From: Phycisphaerae bacterium
GTDB lineage: Bacteria > Planctomycetota > Phycisphaerae > UBA1845
Assembly (NCBI GenBank): GCA_963666835.2
Contig: CAXXGO010000001.1
Coordinates: 800,001-864,000, forward strand
Reading direction: 5' to 3'
DNA length: 64,000 nt
Shown piece by piece: positions 47,336 through 57,265 of the stretch. How positions within the stretch are numbered: the first letter of the stretch is position 1; every line of letters starts with the position of its first letter. Made by a program: the position numbers and the translations under genes. The notes under the pieces were generated by a model. The model did no database searches and was not told the DNA's origin. It saw only the letters and a list, made by a program, of their open reading frames with translations.

Positions 47336-47869
47336 TTAACGAAGGGCCTTGAGCCCGGCCGCCGCCCGCATTTGGTTCACCCGCTCCCAGAGCTTGGGGT
47401 CCTGACCGAAGAAGCTGATAAGGTGACCGGTGGTCAGCCCGAGATGCTGAGCCGTATCCCGGGCACCGGCCCCACAGGCCAAAAAGACATCCAGCACTTC
47501 CCGGACGACCTGACAGTAGCGATGATCACGCCGCCCCACATTAAGCCGCCCGTCACGTCCAATAAACGAGGCCAGCAGCTCGCTGGCCGAATAGCGCTCG
47601 AGATCCACCGGCGTCCGGAGTTGCAGGGCGATAGTCCCACGGAGCCGGCGCAGTGCCCGGATACGGTTGACGTGTTGGGACCGGTCCTCCGCGGCCGTCG
47701 TCGCTAAACCCGTCGGGAGGTGACGCAGGCGAACGGCAGAGCTGGTCTTGTTCCGCTTCTGCCCCCCCGGGCCCTGAGCCCGATAATGATCCACTTCGCA
47801 TTGCCTGATGAGGACGTCGTCCTCAAGGGCCAGCAATTGCTCGACCGAAGTGCCCTGAGTTTCTTCCAT
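47336..47869 (-). CDS. Peptide chain release factor-like protein (GGQ domain)
   Basis: GPGGQKRNKTSSAVRLRHLPTG...EDRSQHVNR..AL.RLR; no codon-recognition domains. Confidence 0.88.
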   Translation of the reverse strand: MEETQGTSVEQLLALEDDVLIRQCEVDHYRAQGPGGQKRNKTSSAVRLRHLPTGLATTAAEDRSQHVNRIRALRRLRGTIALQLRTPVDLERYSASELLASFIGRDGRLNVGRRDHRYCQVVREVLDVFLACGAGARDTAQHLGLTTGHLISFFGQDPKLWERVNQMRAAAGLKALR

Positions 47870-48115
47870 AGTCAAACCCCGTTATCGGTCCCGTCCGGGG
47901 AATCGTTGACGTCCGGCCTGGACGGCGCCACGCCGGGGACCGCAGCTCGCCAGGACAACCCGTTCCGGACTCCGTGTAAGGCTGCTGCGAAGATCCATGG
48001 TCAAAGCCCGCTTCCGAGCAAGCTCGACCCGCAAGTCGACTATCAGCCAAACCGATAACTCAGCAGAGAGTATAGAACCAGAATCCACCTTCAGGTACCG
48101 GTCTTGGAGATCACA

Positions 48116-49966
48116 ATGAACCGCGTGATCATGAAATGGTTTACCCTTGCCGGCGTGGCCCTTGCCGTTATTCTCGGCTGCGATTCCGTTATCAACCACA
48201 TCGTGGAGGAGTCCACTGACGGGAGCGGCGAACGCGAGAGCCACTTCGCCGTCGTGGATAGCGCGTTCTCCACCGCCCCCGTCTCTCCCGGAGGCACCGG
48301 CGGAGTCGCTGCGGAAGAAGGCGAGGTCGTCGGCGATGAGACGCGCAGCTTCTTCACGGCTTATCAGATCGACCCCGAGGCCGAAGACACTTCCGGACCC
48401 AAGTTCGTGGTCTCGGCCGACGTTGATCGAGACGGCCTGCTCGATCTGGTCAGTGGATGGAACCAATCCCAGCCGGTCCAGTTGCACCTGCAACGTCGCG
48501 ACGCCGAGGACAATATCTCGTTCCGTACGATCACCCTGGCGGGTACGAGTCCGGTAGCCGTGATCGCGGGCGTTGAAGTGGGGCAAATCAACGACGACAA
48601 CGGTGACGGCACCATCGACGACGATGATTGGCTGGACGTGGTCGTGTTATCGAAGACCACGGGAGCTACCACGTGGTGCCCGACCGCGCCACCGTCACTT
48701 ATCGGCGTCTTGAACGGCCAGATCATCGTTTATTTCAGCCCGGCCAATAGCGGCCTGATCGCCGACGGCGCGCAGTGGGAGCAGATGCTGCTGGTCAACC
48801 CGTTTGTGCGCGATCCGTGGGTGTACAACCAGTTCCCCGGTCGCGAGGACGAGGACTTCGAGGTGATGAAGACGCAGCCGGAATGGGGCGGATTCACCGC
48901 GTTGGCCGTGGCCAACGTCGACGGGCAACCCGGTGACGACATCATCGTGGCGATCAACCCGGGGGAGTGCAAGGAACTCGGGCAGGAGCCGCCGATCAAC
49001 ACCGTGGATCTCTGGACCAACCCCGGACCCGGTTTGGCGGAGAGCTCGGAGCTTTGGGGAGCACCTCCGCCGGACACGCAGTCGCGTAACGTACCGATCA
49101 GCCTTATGGGCGACGCCCCGCCGATCAAGGACATCGCGGTGATGGACGTTGACAACGACGGCGACCTGGACGTGATCGCCACGTATACCACTTCGATCAG
49201 CCTGAATGTCCGCTGGGCTCGCAACCCGTTAATAGCCCACACCGCGGGAGGCCCGGACGGATACGACGAGGTTATCGACGGGGCCAGCGACGGATGGCGC
49301 TTCTACGCCAGCGGATGGGAAGAACGACCCATCGGACAGGTCGACCCCGGAGCGGACATGCTGGACATCGGTGATCTCGACAACGACGGTTTCGACGACA
49401 TCATCGTCCGGTCCACTTTGGGCCAGCTCGTCCAGTGGTTCCGGCATCCCAACGATCTGACCGTCCAGCCTGAGTTCCCGCCCGGAGGAACCGCCCCCGA
49501 CCGCCCGGCCGACTCGACCATGGGCCGGTACAACTTCGTCTGGCCGGTGTTCACGCTCACGGAATTCGACGGACAGGAACCCGAGGCCTTCGCCATCGGC
49601 GACGTAACCGGAGACGGCAAGGTCGAGATGGCCATCGCCGCCGAGGGGGCCGTCTTCTGGTATGACGGCAGCGTCGGGGAAACCGTCTACGACCCGTGGA
49701 CGTCCAACACGATCATCCAAGACTCCCCGGTCGACGCCGCCGACGCCACCGTAGCCCCGACGTCTATCGCGGGCGCCGGTGTGGGTGTCACTGCCGTGGA
49801 TACGTCCACGAGCATCAACGAGTTGCTCATCGTAGACCTCGACGCCGACGGTCGGAATGACATTGTGGGTACGCTGGACCGCCGTAGCGGCGCCGGCCTG
49901 AGCGATGACCGTCTGGTCTGGTACCGCAATACGAAAACCGAGGAGGAACCGGTCGCCGGCAACTGA
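48116..49966 (+). CDS. FG-GAP/VCBS-like repeat lipoprotein
   Basis: Lipobox LAVILGC; repeats ADVDRDGLLDLV, DVDNDGDLDVI, DLDNDGFDDII, DLDADGRNDIV. Confidence 0.82.
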   Translation: MNRVIMKWFTLAGVALAVILGCDSVINHIVEESTDGSGERESHFAVVDSAFSTAPVSPGGTGGVAAEEGEVVGDETRSFFTAYQIDPEAEDTSGPKFVVSADVDRDGLLDLVSGWNQSQPVQLHLQRRDAEDNISFRTITLAGTSPVAVIAGVEVGQINDDNGDGTIDDDDWLDVVVLSKTTGATTWCPTAPPSLIGVLNGQIIVYFSPANSGLIADGAQWEQMLLVNPFVRDPWVYNQFPGREDEDFEVMKTQPEWGGFTALAVANVDGQPGDDIIVAINPGECKELGQEPPINTVDLWTNPGPGLAESSELWGAPPPDTQSRNVPISLMGDAPPIKDIAVMDVDNDGDLDVIATYTTSISLNVRWARNPLIAHTAGGPDGYDEVIDGASDGWRFYASGWEERPIGQVDPGADMLDIGDLDNDGFDDIIVRSTLGQLVQWFRHPNDLTVQPEFPPGGTAPDRPADSTMGRYNFVWPVFTLTEFDGQEPEAFAIGDVTGDGKVEMAIAAEGAVFWYDGSVGETVYDPWTSNTIIQDSPVDAADATVAPTSIAGAGVGVTAVDTSTSINELLIVDLDADGRNDIVGTLDRRSGAGLSDDRLVWYRNTKTEEEPVAGN

Positions 49967-50351
49967 CGGTGGCTCCACGGAGACCCGGCGTCTCGCTCGG
50001 AAAAGGCAACCGCGTGTTCGGCGAAACCTGCCGGCTGACGACCCGTTTCCGGTAGACCCGATCGCACCTTGAATGCGGTAACGCTTCCTCGGCGAAGAAC
50101 GTTCATGCGTTCTCGCAGCGCTGCTCTGTGCCCGCGAATCTCCCACCGCGCGGGCCGTGTAAGCAATCTTCCGCCTCGATTCCCCCTGATCTGAGGTTTC
50201 TGTTCCGTTTTGGGGCCGTTTTCGGTACTCTGGTGGGGCTCAACGGAATGCCCGGTGAGGATGTTCATCCCCGGGTGGGATGATGTTATCGGGCCGGACC
50301 GGCGGATTCATGCTGGGATAGCCGGCGAAATACGTGGCGGAGGGGGATCGT

Positions 50352-52553
50352 ATGAAGAAGGTGATCGTCGGGTCAGTTCTAACCGCTTTGGCTCTTCTGG
50401 CGGGCTCGAGCTACGGGCAGATCTACAACGGAACCCCCGATTGGATCTCGACGGACACTCCGATCAGCACCGGAGGGACCTTCGTCGATCTCGATCAGGA
50501 CGGCTGGCTCGATTTCGTGGTGGCCAACGGTAATGACATCTATCGCCAGAGGTTGGTCGTGTATTACGGCAACGGTGACGGCACGCTGCCGCTGACACCG
50601 GACTGGCAATCGGATGACGACGAATACAACGGCCATCTCGCCATCGCTGACGTGGACGGGGACGGCTGGCTGGATGTGGCCGTGGGCCTGACAATGGCCG
50701 ATGCCGGCACGGCGACCGCTCGCGTGTATCTCAACAACGAGGGCACGCTTTCGACGTTGCCGGATTGGGAATCGCACGACGAGCTCGCGGGTTTTCAGGT
50801 GAGCTTCGGCGACGTCAACGGCGACGGTCGCCCGGACTTGGCCGTCGGCACGAGTTGGCCCTACAGTAACCCGCACCCCTGGCACAACTACGTTTACATG
50901 AACATCGACGGTGCGTTGGAGGCGACGCCCTCGTGGGTCTCGGACGACACGTGGGATATCGGCGACGTGCTGTTTTGCGATGTGAATCGGGACGGCTGGT
51001 TGGACTTGGTTGCGGTCGGCGAGGGCACGGACACCTGGGTGTATTTGAACTCGGCGGGTACGCTCGCGACTACCGCCACCTGGCACACGACGGACTCGCC
51101 GACGCAGTTCTCAGTGATGGGAACCTACGGAGACGTAGACGCCGACGGCTGGATGGATCTGTTCACGACGGACAATACCCAGCTTGCGGGCGACGGCTAC
51201 TTCCGCCGTTACGATGGGTTAATCGGCGGGCTGTTCACGACCACGCCGACCTGGTCGTATTATGAAGGATACGGTTCGGCGATAGCGCTGGCCGACGTCG
51301 ATGCGGACGGAGACTTGGACCTTGCCACGGGTGGATGGTGGGAGAATACGCGGCTGTTTATGAACTCCGGGGGTTTATATCCCGGTTCGCCGGACTACTC
51401 TTCGACCGGGACCAGTGTGGTCGAGACCATCTGCTTCGGTGATGTCGACCGTGACGGGTTGCGACGTCCGATCGAGTCGTTCGACGTGACGGCTACGCCG
51501 GGTCAGCATTTGTTCCATTTGGCGCATCAACCCGTAGAGCGCATCGAGTATGTCACCGTTGACGGAGCCCCGCTCGGTCCGGACGAGTACACGTTCGATC
51601 TGCTGCACGGCTGGCTCTCGGTAGGACCGGCCCCCACCGCGGCGGTCGAAGTACGGTATGTCTACTCGCTCAAGCCGGACATGGGCGTAACCAACTGGGA
51701 TGACTCCCGCGGCAACTACCTGTACTACAACTACAGCGGTGTGATCGGCTTCGGCGATTTCGAGGGCGATCAAGACGTCGATGTGGATGACTATGACGAG
51801 TTCGTCGGCTGTTTCACCGGTCCGGGTGGTGGTCCGCTTGTTCCGGACTGCGTGCCGGGGGATTTCGATTGGGACGACGACGTAGACTGCGACGACTGGG
51901 CCGAGTTCGCGGCGGCGTGGACTGCCGGCGGTTCCCCGCCCAGCTTCGCGGAGTGCCCGCTGGATGCTCCGCTACCGGCCCCGTACCCGCACAGTGTTCC
52001 TAAGAACCGGTATATCTCCTTCGATCCTAACGTCGGCGGCACCGCCGCCCTCAGGGTCGAGCTGACGGGAAGCGAGCTGTTCCCCGGCTCGACCGGTGTG
52101 GTCGGCTGGGTCGGCCTTCCGGACTTGCACGAGATCTCGCGTGTCGAAGACACGCCGGTGTTTTCCGCCGCCTGGCCGGCGTTGGTTCATGTGGGCGACT
52201 GCATGATTGTCCCGGCTTCAACGTATGAAGTCCGGTCGTCACCGGACGGGATCAGCTTCGGTGGTCCGCTGGAGTTGGTCACGGCCGCCAGCCCGACGCC
52301 GAAGTTGTGGGCTGACATCGTGGGCAATTTTGATGGCGCGGAATGGACCGCCCCTAACGGCACGTTGAACATGGACGACATCATGGCCTTCGTGCAGAAG
52401 TTCCAGGGGAACCCGACGGCCCCGCCGCTCACGCGGGTTGATGTGGACCCGGACCGGCCGAACGAGGTCGCGGGCATGACGGACCTTCAGCAGATTGTCA
52501 TCGCATTTAAGGGTGGTCCTTACCCGTTTAGCGATCCGGTGGATTGTCCATAG
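50352..52553 (+). CDS. Secreted FG-GAP repeat protein with an internal dockerin-like pair and the shared C-terminal module
   Basis: Signal peptide MKKVIVG; about seven DxDxDGWLD repeats; GDFEGDQDVDVDDY and GDFDWDDDVDCDDW; C-terminus FKGGPYPFSDPVDCP. Confidence 0.88.
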   Translation: MKKVIVGSVLTALALLAGSSYGQIYNGTPDWISTDTPISTGGTFVDLDQDGWLDFVVANGNDIYRQRLVVYYGNGDGTLPLTPDWQSDDDEYNGHLAIADVDGDGWLDVAVGLTMADAGTATARVYLNNEGTLSTLPDWESHDELAGFQVSFGDVNGDGRPDLAVGTSWPYSNPHPWHNYVYMNIDGALEATPSWVSDDTWDIGDVLFCDVNRDGWLDLVAVGEGTDTWVYLNSAGTLATTATWHTTDSPTQFSVMGTYGDVDADGWMDLFTTDNTQLAGDGYFRRYDGLIGGLFTTTPTWSYYEGYGSAIALADVDADGDLDLATGGWWENTRLFMNSGGLYPGSPDYSSTGTSVVETICFGDVDRDGLRRPIESFDVTATPGQHLFHLAHQPVERIEYVTVDGAPLGPDEYTFDLLHGWLSVGPAPTAAVEVRYVYSLKPDMGVTNWDDSRGNYLYYNYSGVIGFGDFEGDQDVDVDDYDEFVGCFTGPGGGPLVPDCVPGDFDWDDDVDCDDWAEFAAAWTAGGSPPSFAECPLDAPLPAPYPHSVPKNRYISFDPNVGGTAALRVELTGSELFPGSTGVVGWVGLPDLHEISRVEDTPVFSAAWPALVHVGDCMIVPASTYEVRSSPDGISFGGPLELVTAASPTPKLWADIVGNFDGAEWTAPNGTLNMDDIMAFVQKFQGNPTAPPLTRVDVDPDRPNEVAGMTDLQQIVIAFKGGPYPFSDPVDCP

Positions 52554-52627
52554 CGGCCGCCGATCGACGGATGCGGGCGGTCTTGCGTGGTCGCCCGGCG
52601 CGCAGTGCCGAGTTCACGGCATTTCAC

Positions 52628-53308
52628 TTACTGACAGAGGAAGCAGCAGCGGATGGGGAGCAGCCGGCTCGGTGCGAACCGCGCGCGGACTACGGTGAAG
52701 TAGCGGCTCAGTAGCTCGCGCATCTCGGGGACGGACCAGACGTGCAGATGATAGTCGTCGCCTCCCCAGGAAATCCGCCGAAACGGTGGCAGGGCGGTCA
52801 ACCGGCTGCGGCGCAGAATATCCTTGGCGGTGTTTACCAGGTAGTCATTGGGGAAGGTTACGACGACGCGGCCTTGCGGGCGAAGCAGGCGGCGCATCTG
52901 AGCCAGAATGCTCTCCGGGTCGACGGCGTGCTCCAACACTTCGGTGCAGATTATCTGATCGAACCCGCCATAGGGCAGATCAAGTTCATGCAGTTCGCCT
53001 TTGAGCAAGCGGGCTCTGTATCTGTCTAGATTCCGGCGGGCCTTCTCCAGCATCTCTCCGGAGACGTCCACGCCGGTGAGATTGCACTCGGGGAACATTC
53101 GCAGTACATGCCCGCCGCCGCAGCCCACCTCCAGGATGCGATCATCCGCCGAGGCAGCGACCATTTTCTTAATGCAGGCGAGCCGCCGCTGCTCGATTAA
53201 TCGGATCAGGAAACTCGATCCGGAGTAGTACTCGTCGATGTCGTGTTCCCGCGCGAACGTGTCGTTCCATTGTTCCACGTTCCCAATCGTAATCTGAGAT
53301 TCGGGCAT
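52628..53308 (-). CDS. Class I SAM-dependent methyltransferase
   Basis: ILEVGCGGG, GVDVS..ML, FDQIICTEVLEH; ATG overlaps the upstream TGA. Confidence 0.9.
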   Translation of the reverse strand: MPESQITIGNVEQWNDTFAREHDIDEYYSGSSFLIRLIEQRRLACIKKMVAASADDRILEVGCGGGHVLRMFPECNLTGVDVSGEMLEKARRNLDRYRARLLKGELHELDLPYGGFDQIICTEVLEHAVDPESILAQMRRLLRPQGRVVVTFPNDYLVNTAKDILRRSRLTALPPFRRISWGGDDYHLHVWSVPEMRELLSRYFTVVRARFAPSRLLPIRCCFLCQ

Positions 53309-54135
53309 CAGGTGTTTCTCGCAGAGGCTCTGCCGACGGGTAGGGAACGAGACCAAAGGTCGCGAGCCGACTTCGCGGAAGATGCCGAAGGCAGCCACGT
53401 CTCGGCACGGAACTTGACTAGCTCCCAGAACAACCGCAGCGACACGATCAGCGGGAATCGGTTGAGGAAGGACGTGCCGCGGGTCCGCGCGTCAAAGACG
53501 GTGTCCACCTCCTTGATACGGTGGCCGCGCAGGTGGGTCGCCACGCCCAACAGAGCCTGAAAGTACCGATAGCGGTATCGGTGCTGCAGGATGTCGGCAA
53601 GCACTTCGCGGGAGCAGAGCACAAACCCGGATTTGTTGTCCCGCGACCTCATACGGAATATTGCATTAAGCAGCAGGTTAAGCCCGCGACTGAAGACCAG
53701 GCAGCGCCGCCCCCCTTCTCCGGGGTGTCGTACCGCCTGAACCATGTCACAAGGATTTCCTTGATATGTTTCGTAGAGCAAACGGATGTCTTCCGGACGA
53801 TTCTGCAGGTCCGCATCGATCAAACAGACGAGCTTGCCCCGAGCAGCGTTCAAGCCGGACTGCCACGCCGCCTCCATCCCGAGGTTCCGCGGATGTTGGA
53901 TACCCCGGATGCGATCGTCCGCACGGTAGGACCGGCAGATCTTCTCCCAAGTCCAATCGGTGCTGCCGTCGTCGATCAACACCAGTTGCCCGGCAACGCC
54001 CATCGAATCGAACACGGCCAGAGTTCGCTTCACGAGAATGTCGACGTTCTCTTCCTCGTTCAAGCATGGCGCAATGACCGTAAGGTCCACAGTGTAGGCT
54101 GGATCTGAGGTCCGTTTTTCGGATTCACGAATCAA
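53308..54135 (-). CDS. Glycosyltransferase family 2 (DPM/ArnC-like)
   Basis: IAPCLNEEEN, IDDGSTD, HPRNLG, IDADLQNRPEDI. Confidence 0.9.
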   Translation of the reverse strand: MIRESEKRTSDPAYTVDLTVIAPCLNEEENVDILVKRTLAVFDSMGVAGQLVLIDDGSTDWTWEKICRSYRADDRIRGIQHPRNLGMEAAWQSGLNAARGKLVCLIDADLQNRPEDIRLLYETYQGNPCDMVQAVRHPGEGGRRCLVFSRGLNLLLNAIFRMRSRDNKSGFVLCSREVLADILQHRYRYRYFQALLGVATHLRGHRIKEVDTVFDARTRGTSFLNRFPLIVSLRLFWELVKFRAETWLPSASSAKSARDLWSRSLPVGRASARNT

Positions 54136-55892
54136 CCGAGCGTTCCTCCGAATACCGCAGCTTGATCGAAACCGGTAAGATCCCGGCTCGAAATGACCTG
54201 CTCCACAGGCTTGGTGTGGATGTCGGCAATATCAACGTTGTGTGTCGTTGCAGGTGTGGCCCGGCCGGTCGGCAGAGCCTTGATGCACTCCGAGGTCATC
54301 AGCGCATTCCAGTACCTGCGATCGAAGCTGTGTCGGCCCTGCATCCAGAGGTTTACCGGGGTGGCCAGACCGTCCTTGACCGTGCGGTGGAGCACCAGGG
54401 CATCCCTCGGCAGCAGCTTGCGGGCGGCTTGGTGTACGATCCACTTGCCGTTTCCATCACGGAAGCGCAGAGAATCGTCCAGGGAGAAAGCGAACTCGAC
54501 CAAGCGGTGGTCCAGGAACGGGCAACGTCCCTCGATACTGTGCGCCATGGTCATCCGGTCCGCCATTTGGAGAAGAGGCTGGAGGAACACGCGCGATTCG
54601 ATATAGGCGATATTCTCTAGTGCCGTCTTTTGAGCACTCCACTCATTGATCAGAAACATCTTCATTAAGGCCGCGTCGCCCAGACCGGATCGAGAGGCCA
54701 TTCGACAGAAGCGGTCCAGATCGCTTCCGTGGTAGCGGCCGAGCATGGCGGCATAATGCAGGTGCTTGGCGTCAGTTGCGCGCCGGCGGTCATCCAGCAA
54801 AAACTCGTTTCTTGCATACCCGGCGAACAGTTCGTCCGAACCCTCGCCTGACAGCGATACTCTGTAGCCGCGCGTCCGGCAGGCCTTCGCCAATCGGTAC
54901 AACGGGAACACGCTGAAAGAGCCGGTCGGCATCTCCAGGTGGTACGCCATCGCGGGCAAATCGCTGAGGAACTCGTCACGGGTGGGCCGGACCATGTTCA
55001 GGTCGATACCCAGGCGCGTGGCGAGGTCGCGGGCAAAACGTTCCTCGTTGATACTCCTGCGGAACTCGTCGAACTGGCATGTGAAAGCCTCGGATACGCC
55101 GGACAGCTTGGCGATAAGAGCCGAATCCAGGCCGCCGGAAAGAAGCAGCGTGACGGGGACGTCACTTCGCATACGCAGCCGGACCGAATCTTCGAGCAGC
55201 TCGATGAAGCGGTCGACGGCCTCCCGCTCGTCGGTGATGTGGTTGCCCACCTGGTGCGGAATGTCCCAGTAGCAGCGTGTGCCACAAGTGCCGTTTTCGA
55301 GGTCGTATATCAGATAGTCGCCCGGCCGCAACGAGAAGACGTCGCGATAGAGCGTGTGCTCATTGAAACAGAACTCGAAGAGGTTGAACACGTCCTGGGT
55401 GATGAACTCGAGATCGGGCAGCGCTTTTATCTCGGAGGCAAACTCGAAGCGGTTAGGTCCCAGCCGATAGAAGAAGGGCTTTTTGCCCATTCGATCGCGC
55501 GCGCAGAAGAACCGCCGCCCGTCCCAGATGACCAGGGCGAACATGCCGTTGAAGCGTTCCAGGCAATCGGTTCCCCATTCCTGATACGCGGCCAAAGCCA
55601 CTTCGGTGTCCGTACGGGTGGTGAAGACGTGGCCCAGATCCTGAAGTTCGCGACGCAATTCCAGGTAGTTGTAGATCTCACCGTTGAAGAGGATCGTGCT
55701 ATTGCCGATCCGGATCGGCAGCTCTACGTTTCGGCTGTCGACCACGTTGAGCCGCGTCTGCCCCAGGGCGACAGTGCCATGCCCCGGCACTTCCTCGGTT
55801 ACAAAACAGCTCTGGTCCGGTCCGCGGTGGCGCAGCGTGCTTAAGCTACGTTCGTCGAAAGCGGTATTGAGGCCTCCGAGGATGCCGCACAT
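54132..55892 (-). CDS. asnB: Asparagine synthase (glutamine-hydrolysing) family amidotransferase
   Basis: N-terminal MCGI, HRGPD, FNGEIYNY, RDRMGKKP, LSGGLDS, SGEGSDELFAGY, DRMTMAHSIEGRCPFLD. Confidence 0.9.
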   Translation of the reverse strand: MCGILGGLNTAFDERSLSTLRHRGPDQSCFVTEEVPGHGTVALGQTRLNVVDSRNVELPIRIGNSTILFNGEIYNYLELRRELQDLGHVFTTRTDTEVALAAYQEWGTDCLERFNGMFALVIWDGRRFFCARDRMGKKPFFYRLGPNRFEFASEIKALPDLEFITQDVFNLFEFCFNEHTLYRDVFSLRPGDYLIYDLENGTCGTRCYWDIPHQVGNHITDEREAVDRFIELLEDSVRLRMRSDVPVTLLLSGGLDSALIAKLSGVSEAFTCQFDEFRRSINEERFARDLATRLGIDLNMVRPTRDEFLSDLPAMAYHLEMPTGSFSVFPLYRLAKACRTRGYRVSLSGEGSDELFAGYARNEFLLDDRRRATDAKHLHYAAMLGRYHGSDLDRFCRMASRSGLGDAALMKMFLINEWSAQKTALENIAYIESRVFLQPLLQMADRMTMAHSIEGRCPFLDHRLVEFAFSLDDSLRFRDGNGKWIVHQAARKLLPRDALVLHRTVKDGLATPVNLWMQGRHSFDRRYWNALMTSECIKALPTGRATPATTHNVDIADIHTKPVEQVISSRDLTGFDQAAVFGGTLG

Positions 55893-55894
55893 GG

Positions 55895-56926
55895 TCAGAC
55901 CTTCCGAGCCCTGCAGCTTATTCCCGCTTCCCGAACATCCCAGGCGAGGATCTCCCAGCCCTCGGCGAACCACTCGCGAAAATCGTCCGGTTCAAACCGG
56001 AAACAGTTCTCGGGATGGTACCAATCGAGGTTGACGATGTTGTTTGTGAAGAAATCGAACTTGTCGTTCCAGAAGCATTTCATGATATTCCAATGCACGA
56101 AACGCTGGAGGTCGATCTTGCCTTTCTTGATACCCAGAACCGGGATGTCTTCCGGGATGTCCACTGTGGTCTTGAGGTTGGCCAGCGCCTCCCCGAGCCG
56201 GGTGATTCCCTCGCAGACCTCCAGCGCCTCATCGACTGACAAACCGCTGATGTGCTCCCGAACGTGATCGTCGGTGAACTCTCGGAGCACCGCCTTCTTG
56301 CGATACACGTAACAGCAGATCGTACCGTTGGTTTTGAGCTTACGCCTGAGGTTGTCGAACGTCGCCCGCGGATTGGGCATGTGGTGGATGACCTGGTCGC
56401 AGTTGAGGAAGTCGAAGTACTCGTCGGGGAACGGCAGACGGTTGAGGTCCGCATGAACGAACGCGATCCGCGGATGCGTTACCTGCCTGGACGCCGCCTC
56501 CAAGGCCTCCGCCGCCAGGTCCACGGCAAACACGGCCGCCGTTGAGTTCTCCGCGAAGTTGAGGGCGTCACGCCCGCTTCCCGTTCCGGCGTCCAGAATG
56601 AACCGGGCGTCGGCGAGAAACTCGCGCAGGCTCTCCGCCTCGTGGAAACCGTACCGTTGCAGGTACCAGTCCGTGTAAAACTCCCGCGTGTGCTCCCGGT
56701 AATACTGATGCTTGGCCCATTTCTGCGAGAACGAACGGGCGGTTTGGGTCCGCAGGGCGTCCTCGCGAACGAACGTGGGGATACCACGGTGAATCGGATA
56801 CGTGCTCTTGGCGTCGCTGGACAGCTCGCCCTCGATTACGGCATCGCCGTCTTCCAGCTCGACGTTGAGGCCCAGGGGGCGTAGCGTATCCGGACACACG
56901 AAATGGGTTAGTAGGTTCCTTTGCAT
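55895..56926 (-). CDS. SAM-dependent methyltransferase with a Trm112-like N-terminus
   Basis: FVCPDT..PL...YPIHRGIPTF; ILDAGTGSG; LPFPDEYFD...VIHH. Confidence 0.85.
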   Translation of the reverse strand: MQRNLLTHFVCPDTLRPLGLNVELEDGDAVIEGELSSDAKSTYPIHRGIPTFVREDALRTQTARSFSQKWAKHQYYREHTREFYTDWYLQRYGFHEAESLREFLADARFILDAGTGSGRDALNFAENSTAAVFAVDLAAEALEAASRQVTHPRIAFVHADLNRLPFPDEYFDFLNCDQVIHHMPNPRATFDNLRRKLKTNGTICCYVYRKKAVLREFTDDHVREHISGLSVDEALEVCEGITRLGEALANLKTTVDIPEDIPVLGIKKGKIDLQRFVHWNIMKCFWNDKFDFFTNNIVNLDWYHPENCFRFEPDDFREWFAEGWEILAWDVREAGISCRARKV

Positions 56927-57214
56927 ATTGCCGCTTACTTCTTAATGGGCGCGTAGCCTCGTTGCGGACTCTCCACTGTCCGACCGGAATGCACGCACTT
57001 GATTTTCGGACGTTATCGGGCCGTTCTTGAGGTAACGGATCATGTTCCTTGTGGCATCTCGATTCCGTGTGGAGCGGCTCTGCGATCCCGCCCGTGCCGG
57101 CCGGTTGGCGACCCGAAATCGGGCGCTTGTGACGCCGGAAGCGGATGACGTTAGCGGTGCAGATGCAACCGAGCCGCATTTTGGCGAGCTGAACCATTGG
57201 AGCCCGATCCTCGC

Positions 57215-57265
57215 TTGACTCCCGCCTGGAGTGATATATGCTTCATGAGAGTGAATGGAGATTCA
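57215..57265 (+). promoter_or_regulatory. Sigma70-like promoter and palindromic putative TetR operator
   Basis: TTGACT-N16-TATGCT (57215-57242); TGAAT-GGAG-ATTCA palindrome (57252-57265) overlapping the RBS. Confidence 0.5.

Noticed and set aside
54132..55892. AsnB as a lasso peptide cyclase
   Set aside because: Has an intact N-terminal Cys glutaminase domain; no B1/B2 genes or precursor nearby.
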